Assembly: GCA_977017645.1 (NCBI GenBank)
Contig: OZ360230.1
Location: forward strand, 103,850,001 to 103,914,000
Direction of reading: 5' to 3'
Length of the DNA stretch: 64,000 nt
Source of the DNA: Torpedo marmorata
Lineage: Eukaryota
Under the pieces are notes generated by a model. That model worked only from the letters and a program-made list of their open reading frames with translations. It was not told where the DNA came from and ran no database searches. Positions 25,483-38,725 of the stretch are shown here, piece after piece. How positions within the stretch are numbered: position 1 is the stretch's first letter; each line of letters opens with the position of its first letter. Made by a program: the position numbers and the translations under genes.

Positions 25483-27329
25483 TACAGGGTAAAGCAATCA
25501 TAACCTTAAGGAAAGCAGTTCCAATCAGCATACACTTCAAGGTTATCATGACACAGATCCAAAGGAAAAAGTATTAGGTGATAGGAAGGAAAACTTTTAT
25601 TTATCAACTTCTATTTATTTTCTGCTTGTTGAAACTTGAGAGACTCAGGAGTATGGAAAATGAAATGGGACCAAGGAATTAGTCTATTTGAAAATGGCAC
25701 AGTCTTGATGATCCAAATGGAAACATCCTGTGCCATAACAGTTATAAGATTCTATATGACAGATACCATTCCTATATTTCCAATTTCTTAAGTTAGTGAC
25801 TTCACAAACAGGTTTTGTGGACTCTCAATCAAATGGGGCACTGAGATTTGTACACAAGGTCCTTGTTCATTGCTGATTGAGATAATTCAAGATAAGTGCT
25901 GTGCAATCCTTCAAACCTTCAGAACTAGTTCAGTGTTACATGACTTGAGGCAGGAAGATGGAGTGAAGGACAAGGAAGATCAGATTTTCAAAAAGAATCA
26001 AACATTCCCTGACCTTCTTGAGTCCTTGAAATTGCAACATCACTGGAGGTTACCTTTCATTGTCACATTGCTGTTTGTTGAAGCTTGGACAAAAAATGAC
26101 TTTCCAACAATTATGTTTTTGTAAACATTAGTGACTGTTAAGTTCCTTTGCACAACAAGAGGCCCAGAAAGGAGGTACACGAATGCCAAATCCATTTTAT
26201 TGGATAGTGTGGATATAACACAGGATTAAGAAATGCCCTTCCTGGTCAGTCGTTTGAGTTAGAGAGTTGCAATGATTTGTATTACTGTGCCTGATCATAG
26301 GAGACTATCTTCAAAAGGAAAAATTCTCAAGCGTATATCGGTGAAACTATAAAATCCAGAGATGCAGGGCTTTAAGCATATTTTTTCTCTGCACAACAAA
26401 TACACTTACAACAATATCTGCTTGGTTTGTTAATCCATCTGTTTGAAGTGCGTGTACTTGCAGGGGATGGATGGGAAAATGTTCTGATCCCATCACAATA
26501 TACCAAAATGATTATGGGAATTTGGCGTCAAAATGATAGCCATCACAGCAGGGTCTCAAAGGCAGTAGAAATAGGAATTGTGACAAAACAACAGTGAAGT
26601 GGGGGGAAAAAATAAAACAAATGCAAGGGGAGGGTTTCTTGCATTATCACATTGAAGCTTCATTAAAACTGGAAAATATGCCTCAGAAAAGGTTGTAAGA
26701 AATACTTTCACTTTGCATTTTGTTGGCCAATTAAATAAGAAAGTAAAACTAAGTTGTGCAATATTTTGGCATTTTTTGTCAGTTCTATAAAAATGCAATC
26801 GTCGCTGTGATTGTATCACCAGTTTGTAGAGGTGAGGTACGATATGCCATCTATGATCAATCTTCTTAACCAATTCAGCTTTTATGAATTTCCATCTGTT
26901 CTTGGTGCATGGTTTGCAATTTATTGCAGGTTTTCATTTACTCTAAGGACATATGGATGCCTTCTTTTCAAGACTTTTAGAAAAAAAATTATTGATGGTA
27001 AAATTACACAATCTATGTCAAAACAGGACGTGTTAACACGTCTATTGTTGATTCTCCTTCAAAACTTGCTTTGTAGAATAAAAATGAGAAGTGGTAGAAA
27101 AGAAAAAAAAGCAGATGCCCTATTCACTAAAAGAAAGCTAGTACTGTTCTGTTTAACACTTAATGAAGAAACTCCAAGTTAGATTGGTAAATTGGTGAAA
27201 CTGGACTTCAAGGTATCAGGGATAGCATTAAAATCAAAGGGGCATATAAATTGTCAAAGAAAAGCAGAAAACCTGACGGAGAAATTTAGAACTCAGCAGA
27301 GGAAGACAAAGGATCACATGGGGTCCAAG

Positions 27330-28260
27330 GTGAGAGCAGAATGGATTGAAATTTGGTTTCATGGAAGCAGAGGGTGATGGAGGACGGTTGATTTTCAGAC
27401 TGGAGGTCTGTGACTTGTGGTGTGCCACAGGATTCAGTGTTGGGCCCATTGCTGTTTGTCATTTATATCAATGATTTAGATGAAAATGTTCATGGCCTGA
27501 TTAGCAAATTTGTGAATGGCATGAGTGTCTGGTATTGTAGTTGTGAAGACTGTTGCCAAGGATTGCACAGGATCTTGATGGGTTGGGCAGGTGGGCAGAG
27601 GAATAGTTGACGGAATTTAATAGAGAAATGCAAGGTGTTGCATTTTGGGAGGTCTAACATGGGTAGGACCTGCACAGTAAATGGTCTGGATCTGGGGACT
27701 GTTGTGGAGCAGAGAAATCTCAGAGCACAGGTACATAGTACCTTGAAAGTGGCATCACAGGTAGCCACACGTAAGAATTGAGCATAAAAGCTGGGAGGTC
27801 ATGTTGCAGTTATATAAGACTTTGGTGAGGCCCCATTTGGAGTATTGTGTTCAGTTGTGCGACAGGAAAGATGTTGTCAAGCTGGAAGATTTATAAAGGA
27901 TGTTGCCAGGATTCAGGGGCCTGAGCTCTAGCAAAATGTTAAGCAGGCAAGGGCTTTATTCCATGATGTGCAGAAGAATAAAGAGTGATCTCAGAGGGAT
28001 ACCAAATCATGAGAGGAATAGATCAGGTGAATGCAAAGTCTTCTGCCCAGAGTAGGGTAATTGGCAACCAGAGGACTTTGGTTTAAAGTGTAACAGGAAT
28101 CTGAGGGGTAACTTTTATTTTTTTATTTTTTTAAAGCGCGTGGTGGGTAGATGGAACGGGTTGCCGGTGGAGTTGGCTGATGTAGGTACGACTGCAAGGT
28201 ATAAGAAAAAATTGGACAGATACATGGATAGAGTGCGTTTAGAGGGATATGGGTCAACCA
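27330..28260 (+). mobile_element. CR1 LINE RT to 3' fragment
   Basis: [34 protein letters not shown] (ORF 27410..27610) and downstream CR1 motifs. Confidence 0.88.
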
Positions 28261-28269
28261 GACAGGAGG

Positions 28270-28467
28270 AACACAAGAAATAGGAAATAGGAGCAGGAGT
28301 AGGCCATCCGGCCTGTCGAGCCTGCTCTGCCATTCAATGAGATCATGGCTGATCTGATGATAGGTTTATCTGCACCTACCTGCCTTTTTCCCATATCCCT
28401 TAATTCCATACAATGTAAAAATCTATCCAACCTTGTCTTAAATATATTTACTGAGGAAGCCTCCATT
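28270..28467 (-). mobile_element. 3' end of a second CR1 family, tail-to-tail with the preceding copy
   Basis: EASSVNIFKTRLDRFL; related to 34418-34750 (-) and 40065-40460 (+). Confidence 0.75.
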
Positions 28468-31205
28468 GGGCAGCAAATTCTATAGAATGTGTGGTTGGGA
28501 TATTTTGGTTTGCGTGGGCAAGTTGGCCGAAGATTGACAAGATTATTTGGCTCTGTCTTCACTATGGAAGATAAACATAACATTCTGAGAGTACTCAGGG
28601 TCCGATGGACTAGCATTGAGGAAGATTTGATGGAAATTGTTATCAGTCATGGAATTGTGTTAGGTAAATTGACTGTGTTGTAAATTAGTAAACCCTCAGG
28701 GCTGAATAGTCTGCATCCCAGAGTGCTTAAGGTGTCTCTAATGATGGATGCATGAGTGATGCTTGACTCTGCCAATGACTAATAGTGGGAATGTTCTTGG
28801 AGTCTCACTTCTCCTTCACTCAGCATACATGACCTGATCGGTTGCAGCATCGGTTTTGTTTACTGCATGCTGTTTAGCATGCGTGCAGTCTTGTCCCACA
28901 AGGTTGCCACCTCAGTTTAATCCTCTGCAACATAGCACATAATGGATGCCCAATATGATCCACCGCATATTCCATTCTGCACGTTTGTTATCTACGGTAC
29001 TCATTCATTATTTATCTATTTTTTATTTGTCTCTTTTTAATTCAACAAGGTATACCGCTGCAGATTTTTAGTTGTTTTTGGAGTTTTTTTTAAACAAGTA
29101 TCTGTTCAACTGCAGCAAGAAAGAATTTTGGTGCATACAGATATTGTACAAAGTTTATGACAATAAACTCATTGTTATGATCACAACTACAATGCCACAT
29201 CGTAAATACTTGAAACTGCCTCATGAGATAGGACGATAATGGCAAATATGTTGTGTTTGGGTTAGGTTTCACCAACTGCAATAAATCCAGTCTAGCAGCT
29301 CTATCCTTCAGGAATATTAAGAAAATCAGTGGTTGTCCTACTCATGTAATCTTAACAATGGACAATGAAATCTTCCACCCGAGGGCATTTAATGCCTGCT
29401 GTACAGTTTCTTCTAAATAGTGTTCCATGATTAGTTTTCAGTTTTCTAAACCTAATGTTTGCCAAGTTTGAATCCCAACTCAAATTTGAAGAGTCTCACT
29501 TCATCCAAAGTATATACCGACCAGGTCTCTGAACATCCCCGAGATAGACCTATTCCAACTGCAGTGCCTACCATTGATCACCATTGAGGCGTCTGTGGCA
29601 CTGGATGAAAGATTCAATTCTGCAGAATGAACATCAGGCATGTACAGCTGTGGGACAATCTCCAGGAGAGTGCAAGGAGAACTTTACAAGCTCAAATGGA
29701 CTGTGTAAGCCTTTGTCATGTTTGAATATTGCCTTTCTAATTGTGCTTGGATTAAGTATTTGAGTAGCTTGGTCAGTCATTTCAGGGGCTATCACAACTT
29801 AAAAATGCCCACTTTTAGTCCATGCCGAACCACCTCAGTTTTCAGAATTGCTACAGTGTAGGATGTCATTCGACATACCAAGTTCATACAGACCATAAAA
29901 TAAACAATCCAGTTAGTCTCACTCTTTTATCCTATCTCCATTGCCTTACAAATTCTATTCTTTTAGATTATTATGCAACTCCCTTTTCAGTTCAATTAAC
30001 CTCCCTCACTTACCCTCCTAGCATATTCCAAATGCTAACCACTTGCCAGGTTTAAAGAAAACCCTCATCACTAAGTTCTTTTTACCAAATATGTCATTCT
30101 GTCTATCCTGTATTAATCCTTCTAACAGGCGAGTTTATTTCTCTCTTCTCTCTCTCTATGTCCTTTACAATATTAAACATCTCTCTGCTTTGCAACAGCT
30201 TCCTTCCGAGGAGATCACTCCAGCTTTGCCAGATCACATCCTTGATGTCTCTCATCTTTGAGATCATTTTAGTCAATCTCCTTTTCATTCTCTCCAAAGC
30301 CTTCATGTTTCTTAAAGTGTGCTATCCAGAAATGGACACAATTTGCCACTTTCTCGCTTATCATTCAGAATGCATCCCCAAGAACAGGACAACTGATGGA
30401 ATAAGTGCTGAGGAGTTGTATAGAAACACTGTGTGGAAAGTTGTGTTATGGACAATGTGGCTGTGCCAGGAACCTTGGAACCCCTGCCCTGCACCAGCAC
30501 TCTTAGATGAGTGCTCCTCCTCTCTGATGAATCATTACTTGGTGAGGAGGGGCTGCAATGTGGTCTGCTGGTGGGTAGGCAGAGGCAAGAGGGTGGCTGC
30601 CCAACACCAAGATGAGAGTCTTCACAGCTGCACTGACCAACACAGTGCATCATTCAAGAAGCTATTGCTGGGAATTAGAAATGGCTGTTCCAGGTGCTAA
30701 CAGTCAGCCAACATCATGCACTCAATCTCATCGTCTCTTGTTGCATGTGATGGAAGCTGATGCTTCCCTTTCTTTGTTTGGCTGCTCGGCTCTCCTAAGC
30801 ATGACAATTTTTCCACTGCAACAAGCTTAATAGCCAATAATAATCACTGAACAAGCTGGGAGGCTGAGGTGGTTATACGCTTGCAAGGTTGTGAATGATA
30901 CCAAAAATATATACAAGGCCTGGGCTTCATAAAGAGACGTATCCATTTTGCCACAGACAGGATGATATTCATAATAAACCTAACCAAATGGTTTTGGAAA
31001 TCTACATTCACCAAATCATGTTTCTCTCCTTCCCTCCAATTCTTCAAAAAAAGTATCAAGCTCACGAAATATAATTTGTCTTTCCCAAATCCATGCTGTC
31101 TTTCTCTAATCGTTCCAACCTTATCCTTCTGAGTGGTGGTTCTGTCCCATTATTTCTGGCACTTTCCTCAACACCAAGATGAAACTGACTAGTCTTCAGT
31201 TACTG

Positions 31206-31317
31206 TAAAAACTCAAAAGTGCTGGAGGAACTCAACAGGCCTTGCAGCGATCTGAGTTCCTCCAGCATTTTTGTGTTTTTATTATAATCGCAGCACATGC
31301 AGACTTTTGTGTATCAC
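31206..31317. mobile_element. Miniature fold-back Penelope-end insertion with 15-bp TSD
   Basis: Arms aaaagtgctggaggaactca / tgagttcctccagcattttt; agtcttcagttactg duplicated at 31191-31205 and 31318-31332. Confidence 0.8.
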
Positions 31318-34300
31318 AGTCTTCAGTTACTGGATCTGTCCCTGGATCCCTTTCTTTTTAACAAGCTACAATTTTCCAATCCAATGCACCACCCTCAATA
31401 TTTTGATTTTTGAAAGATTATGTCCACTAACTCTCCAATTTACTTCAATATTCCAGGATGCATCTCATCTCAATCTACTTCTTCACTAAAAGGTTACTGA
31501 ACTGGGATGAATACTCATACAAGGCTGAGGGTCCTCATGGAATTTACACCTCTGGGTATAGATGCTTTTTTCATCTGTTGTGAATGGCAAAACCACTTTG
31601 AGACTGTGGGCAACTCAACCACAGGAAACAAATCCACATCGATCCTGTCAAGCCACAGGAGAATTTTCTGTGTTTCAAAGAGATCACCTTTCATCTTCAA
31701 ATTCAAAGATCGACAGTCTGATTTGCTTCTCCTCCTATGACAAATCCTTGTTTTAAAATAGCAGTTATTCATTGTCTTGACAATCTTGAGCACTCAGTAC
31801 AAATGGTTTCTAATCATGACTTCTGAAATAGAATCCATTAAGATAGTAATGGACTTATCTCCAAGGACAGGAGTTGAAGAATTCCTGTAAAAACAATATT
31901 AAGTAACTTGCAGATGTTAAGGAATGCAGATGTTATCATAAAAAACTGTACCAAGAACTTACAACCAAACGAATAAGATGACCAGTTTGGGCTTAGCTAG
32001 AGTGGTTTACCCAATCAAACTCCAAACGCTATGCTTTTGAACAGATTTTAGGCAACTGGTGGGGTGGGGGAACATGCATTGATGTTGTGCTATTGGCAAC
32101 ACAATGGGTCAAGTTATCTCCTCCTGTCTTGTGTTAAATGGAGTGGATACCAAGCCGAAACAAGATGAGCACTTTCCGTGGAAATGACCAAAACCCTCCT
32201 CAATGAATGCACATTTATGATACATCATAAACAAATGCCAACTGAACAAAGACTCCAGAAAAAGCAGAAATTAGTGACTCAATGCAAGATACTAGATACT
32301 AGAAATTACTGGAAATAGTTCAGAGTATGTGCAAAAAGTGAATTAAAATTAAATTACAACATAAATGCAGTTAGTCTATTAAGATCTTCCCAGATTCATT
32401 GCAGACACCTTAAAATTTGAAATGCAAGGCCAGAAGTGGTCAAAGTGGTATGGAATGATTTAGCATTTTGAAAGTAGTCACAGTCAGAAAGCTTAAGGGA
32501 AGGGAATTGCATGCTTTGTGCAGGCAGGGGTACACATAAATGATAGAAGTATTAAAATTGGGAATGAACCCAGTCAGAATTGGAGGACCACAGAGATTTC
32601 AGTGGATTGCAGAATAGTAATAATAACAACAATAATCTTAAACTTTAAATTTTATCATATACCTTATAGAGGTCAATTCTGAATTTTGCCAAGAGCAGTA
32701 GTTTTAGACGAGTGTTGAGAGGAGTGGAGGGTGAAAATAAAATAGCAACCAGCTCGAAGTGTACTACAGCAGGAAAGTGTAATTGTAACAAATGGATATG
32801 GATTTCAGTAGTAAATGTAAAAAGGGAAGGCGCAGATGGTCAACATGACGGTTGAAAACAGATAGTCATTGTAATGGCAATTCTGGGGAATGATCAGGAG
32901 CAACTTTGCAAGCAGACTTAACTCTAGTTCCATCTATTAGAGGATAATAGCAGTCAACATTGACAAATATTGCAAATAGAATGAGGAGGGGGGAATGCCT
33001 GATCACAATTAAATAGGATAGTAAATAACGACTGAGAAAAATAAGGTCAGAGGAGGATAGAACCAAACGTTTGTTATTAGGGACCAAAAGAAAAAAAATG
33101 ATAAAAATCACAATGGGATCAAAAATGCAAGAGAAAAATTATGGCAATTTGATAAGAAATTAAGCAAATTATCGGTCCCCAGAGAATTATCAATGGCGAC
33201 AGCTGAAGAATTGGCTATGCAAAGGTAAAGGAACAATGGTTCTGACCTCAAATTAATGAAATGTACACCATGTCCAGAAGACTGTCAAGTTCCTAATAAA
33301 ATAGTTTTTTTTGTTTTGTTGAGCTTTCCGAGAAGCAATGAAAGGCAAAGAACACAAGCTTCATTCATAGAGTTGAGAATTAAATGGCAAGTGACAACAG
33401 CTCTGAGCTACACTGCAGACCAAATTACGTTTTGCAGCAAAACAATGATGAAGAGCTCGACCTGTCCAAAGTACAGGAGACTTTCTTGAGCAGATGACAC
33501 TAACTTGAAAACAGATCATCAATCTCTGGGAAATTCATGGATCTGGGCTGCAATGAAGGCAAAGTTCTGTATTTCCAACATACCATGAGAATTGTAGGAC
33601 CGTTGGAAGAATAAGGCAGGGTACCAGATGATAAACTGCGTATTTAGAATGAAATAATAAACATGAAGATGCACAATTCATTTGGTAGCACAAATAGATT
33701 GGAGGTGGCAGTGGATAACTTACTGAATGAGAAGATAGGTGTGATGGAAATCTCTCGCTTAATGGAACAGGCTTGAAGAACCAGATAATCTGCTCTTGTT
33801 ATTAGTTCCTATGTACTCCAGAAAGGGGCAATATGTGATGGTAGTGCAGGAAACAATATAGGCACAGTTAAAAGCCTTGTCAAACACAGTGGAATCTTCA
33901 ATTGAGGAAAAAGGCATATCCAAAACAGCAGTGAATAAAGTCACCGGCATTAGAACACATATGATAGAGGTAATGCATGAAGCAAAGAGAATGTTTCAGT
34001 ATGGGACAAAGTATAAAAGCAGTTATCAAATCTTAACTAATGTTAAGGAGTAAATCAAAGGTGAACCACATGAAGGAAAGATGTAAAACTGATAGTAAAG
34101 GTGATTGTATTTTCCAATTCAATGGAAGAGCAGGAAACACAAAAACAGTCAATTAATTGAAAAACGTAGGAAAAAGAGGGAACAAAGTAGGAGAGTAATG
34201 AAAAACGTTTCACGTATCCCATGTAAAGTATGACACAACTCTGATCTGTTCATAAGCAATATCTTTCTTTGGTGGGAATGAGAGAAATCAAAGGAAAAGT

Positions 34301-34417
34301 GATTTAATACATTTATCCAAGCAGAAATATGGTGAGAGACAGAATAGACATTGTCTGGAAGCAGACAACTCCCATGGCATCCTGGGAAAACAGGTAGGAC
34401 GAAATTTTTGTAAACAT

Positions 34418-34750
34418 TAGAAATAGGAGTAGGCCATCTCCGAGCCTGCTCAGCCATTTAATAAGACCATGGCTGATCTGACTGGGACCTAACTCCACCT
34501 ACCTGCCTTTTCATCCCCCTTCTATGCAAAAAAAATGTCTTAAATATATTAAATAAGACAGCCTCCACTGCTTCCTTGGGCAGAGAATTCCAGATTCACG
34601 ACTTTCTGGGAAATCCAGCTCCTCCTCAGCTCTTTCCTCAATTTATTGCCCCAAATTTTGAGGCTAAATCCCAAATTCTCATCTCACCTCCTGCCTTTAT
34701 CTTATCTACCCCTTTTGTAATTTTATGTTTCCACAACATCCCCTCTCATC
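34418..34750 (-). mobile_element. CR1 3' fragment
   Basis: aggagtaggccatc...ccatggctgatctga...ctccacctacctgcctttt, the same family as 28270-28467. Confidence 0.7.
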
Positions 34751-34754
34751 CCCG

Positions 34755-35123
34755 AGGCGAGGAACCTGCTCTGGCTGCGGTCGAAGGATTCACATCAGGC
34801 GGCAGACAGCTGGAGACTGGCTGAAGGCATACCAGGTATTGGAACAGTGATGTGAGAGGGTGCCAAGGGCATTGAAGGTTTCCTGATCGTGTCGGAGATT
34901 TGAATCTAGAGCTCGGGCTGCTGATGGTTTGGACTGGACTCTGTAGCTGCGGGCACTGTAGGAGAATCCACGGTCACTCAGGGACTGTTTTTTGCTTCTC
35001 TTTCTCTGACTGTAAGAGGCGTTCAGGCAATTTATGCCGATGGTGAATCTGCCTAACAGACGAAAGAAAATTCTGTGTAATATTGCACTGTCTTTATTAC
35101 ATGACAAAGGAACCTTGAATCTT
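34755..35123 (+). mobile_element. Non-coding retroelement fragment with Rex/L2-like tail
   Basis: GC-richer body ending ...attacatgacaaaggaaccttgaatctt. Confidence 0.45.
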
Positions 35124-36074
35124 CTTCTGGAAAAAAAAGGGGGGGAGGTTAGGGCAAGGAAACCAGAAATTGCTATCTGAAAGATATTAGAAAAATTGTA
35201 TGTATAGTTTTCAGCACATGAGACAATGAAACAAAAAGTTAAGATAGATAGGAATAACTAGTTTGAAGTCGTCCATCTCCCAGAGCAGTCTTGTGTTTGG
35301 ACTTTGGGTTAAAAGCTGGATGTGCAGGATTGAGAGTTGAGATGCGTGGAAGCAATTTGCCTGTTGACTTAAAACAATGACAGACTAGAGAACAATAGGA
35401 ATGATAATTCTGTGGTGAGAGGTCGCACTCCAGGGAGATGTCATAAAGTGGTATTGGAGAGTTGACACTTTTAGTTCTTCCAAAAGATATCTGCTTGTCA
35501 AACGGTAAAGGGCCCTCTTCTCAACAAAATGAATGACCTTGTTAAAATTCATCTTGCATGAGGTGTGGCATATTCAGGAGGAATTAATTTAACAGGGAGT
35601 AGGTAAAATGCAATAAATCACAGCCATTTTGATGAAAGATCATTGAAGTAAAGAAAAATTCTCAACACTGACTGACCTGCTGAGAATATCCAGCATTTCA
35701 TTTTTATTTCAAATTTCCACTGCCTGTGATATTTTGGTTTTGAAGAAAGAATCTGAAGTTGCTGAAGTGAACATGAATGCAAAGGCAACTGAAATGCAAC
35801 TCTAATGTACAGCCCATGGTAAAAATGGTTCAGGCTTGCAGAACTCCATGGTGGATTTACTTCCAAAGAAAAATTGATGGCACTCTGTGCATAGCATAAA
35901 GTTAGTTACACATCCAATGGACAACAAATTATATTTTATTTTTCTAAAGACGCAGCTCCCTTTACTTGCAAAAACACAACCTGGTGCACTGTGATTAACC
36001 AGGATATTGCAGTTGTTTTAATATCTCAAATAAAGAAAAAAAAATTACAAAACTGGTGAACACACTGCAATGGG

Positions 36075-36190
36075 TCTGTACGTTCTTCTGACCGTGTGGA
36101 TTTCCTCCGGGTGCTCCGGTTTCCTCCCACGTTCCAAAGACGTATGGGGTTGGTAGGGCCTGTTACTGTGCTGTACATTTTAACTTAACT
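36075..36190 (+). mobile_element. V-SINE core fragment
   Basis: tgtacgttcttctgaccgtgtggatttcctccgggtgctccggtttcctcccac. Confidence 0.75.
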
Positions 36191-36461
36191 AAAATTTATA
36201 ACATTGTAGATTAACAGAAAATACTTGTTTTTTTCATCTCAGAATGTTGGATTGGCACAGATGAACACAATTCTTTTCTCATGCTGCATATTTTGACTAT
36301 CAATGGGAGTTATGACATCCAGGACCTACAATGTAATTTAAAACAATGAGAATTTGTTCAGGAAAGCAGTGAATAGTTGCAACTTACAGGAATGCCTTAA
36401 GAGTAGAGCAGATGTATTATTTTGAAAAGTATATCACACATCTTAGAACATCCCATAATTA

Positions 36462-37291
36462 CCGTATATTTCGGCGTATAAGTCGACCGGCGTATAAGTC
36501 GACCCCCCTTTTTCAGCCTCATTTTAATGGTTTTATGGTATATCCGGCGTATAAGTCGACCCCAAAAATCGCGATGCCTGAGATGTTGCGCATTGACCGG
36601 CGTATAAGTCGACCCCCAATTTTCAGGCTGTCTGGGCATCCCAGCAACAACCCAAAATTTGTTACAACATCCCAATCGCCAAGTAACAAAGCTGTAAATT
36701 AAGCAAGTACCGGTAAGTAAAAAAAACAGTAAAATAAACCTTTGCTTCTGGCCGGGAAGATGCAGGTGCGGCGACGTCTTTCTCCCGAGCAGGAGCGGGG
36801 ACTCATTCTCCCGAGCAGTAGCGGGGAGCTCGTTCTCCCAGGCAGGAACGGGGAGCTCGTTCTCCCAGCCAGGAACGGGGAGCTCGTTCTCCCAGGCAGG
36901 AGCGGGGAGCTCGTTCTCCCAGGCAGGAGCGGGGAGTTCGTTCTCCCGAGCAGGAGCGGGGAGCTCGTTCTCCCGAGCAGGAGCGGGGAGCTCGTTCTCC
37001 CGGGTAGGAGCGGGGAGCTCAGGCTCTACAATTGTAGAATGTCTGGGTGGTTTATGGCGGCGCCCGGCAGTGGGGAGGTGTCGGGGAGCGGCGGCGGTGG
37101 GGAGGCGCTTCCAGGGTCGACCTATACGCCGAATCGTGTTTTCAGGGGTCGACTTATACGCCGAATCGGCGTGAACTCGATTTTGAGCTGATTTTAAGGT
37201 CTCAAAAGTATATCTGGCGTATAAGTCGACCCCCGTTTTTTGAGACATTTTTGAGGGTTTCAAGGGTCGACTTATACGCCGAAATATACGG
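36462..37291. mobile_element. Tc2/pogo-like MITE with internal 27-bp tandem array
   Basis: Perfect 27-bp TIRs ccgtatatttcggcgtataagtcgacc; TA at 36460-36461 and 37292-37293; about 9 x 27-bp units at 36781-37020. Confidence 0.93.
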
Positions 37292-37879
37292 TAACTAGAA
37301 TACTCAATTATCTTTTGGAAATACTTGCAGGAAATGTTACAATATGTTGTTTTTATGTAAATTATCTGCCTCTTGCACTGCTTACGTTTTAAAGTTTTAT
37401 ATTACTATTGTTCAAGGAACACACAACTGAGGATAATCACAAAATAACTGAAACCTTAAACACTCAGCTTTTACTGCAATTCTTCACCTGGTCCAGATCA
37501 ACAAAATTTGGATTTGAGCTTCACTCCCATAACCACCTTCCATGCACGTTTTAATGGCAGCTCTGAGGCACTTTGTGTTTTCTGTCGCACTGCCTCTTTT
37601 GCCCACATGCAAAGCAAAATGCCAGTAAAATAAGCTTTTCAAATTATTTTTGGTTATGCCATCTGCAGACTTACTAATTATACCCCCTAAATGAACATCT
37701 CATAAAATAATATTAATAACTGACAGTACTGAAGCCTGTGATACACCACTGGTCGCAGGCTTACAATAACCAAAGAAACCCATCACCACTGCCCTTCGCC
37801 TCCCATTATTCAAGCAATTGCCTTGGATTGCATGGGTTCTATCCTTTTTGGAGTATTTAGTTATATCTGGAATTTCATA

Positions 37880-38725
37880 CATGATGATTGTGTGTGCTTG
37901 GAGGACTGTGGCTCTTTAAGCTAATGATTGTGAATGTGGTTTCAGAAATTACCAAATTGAGTAGTGATGTGCATGGCGATGCAGAGAGAATTCACCAGAT
38001 ATTTATTTGCTGATAAATTGGGCTGAACAATGGCAGGCAGAATTTCATCCAGATAAGTGCAAAGTGATGCATTTTGTAAAGTCAAATCAGCAAAGGACGC
38101 ACAGAACAAATGTTGCGGCTCCTGGGAGTATTGAGGAACTTAAGAGTACCAGTCCAAATCTACCTGAAGGTGGTACCACAAGATGATGTGGTATATAGGA
38201 TACTTGCTTTCATTGACTGGCGCATAGAGAATACCACAGAAAGGTGGTTTATGAGACATTGGTGAGGCCACATCAAAAAAATCATGTAGTTTCAGTTGCC
38301 AAATTATAGAGGACATGACTGATCTGCAGAAGACGGAGAGGAGATTCACCAGGATGTTACTGGGATGGAGTGTGTCAGTTATTTAGAGAATGGATAGGCT
38401 GGGTTTGTTTTCCTTGCAGTGGATATGGCTGAGTGATAGAAATGTACAAAATTACGAGTATAGATTGGGGAGGTATAAATTATACTTACCCATAGCAGAG
38501 GCATCTATAACCAGAGGATATAAAGTTAAGGGGAGTAAGAGGTTTTTTAAAAAAGCAGCAAATGGGTGGAGTCCAAGTGTGGTAGAAGTGAGTACTCTCA
38601 CAACATTCTAGTTGATCTGGACAAGCACTTGAATTGCCACTGCTAGGTAAATGGGACGTGCTTGATAGGTGGCATGTTTGTGGTGAGCCAAAGGGCCGGT
38701 TCCTGTGCTGTACTGGTCTATATTC
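37880..38725 (+). mobile_element. Degraded CR1 LINE 3' portion (an inverted CR1 piece lies at about 37690-37860)
   Basis: aatggcaggcagaatttcatccagataagtgcaaagtgatgcattttg; MDRLGLFSL; terminal gggccggttcctgtgctgtac. Confidence 0.75.

Noticed and set aside
26811-27182. 123-aa + strand ORF
   Set aside because: TTG start, no recognisable motif, antisense within intron 2; treated as chance.
30158-30700. 180-aa + strand ORF
   Set aside because: The first part is antisense to a decayed CR1 (KALERMKRRLTKMI); no coherent protein or splice context.
36397-37263. 288-aa ORF with ENELPAPAR repeats
   Set aside because: Almost entirely within a TIR-bounded MITE; the 9-aa period comes from the 27-bp array.
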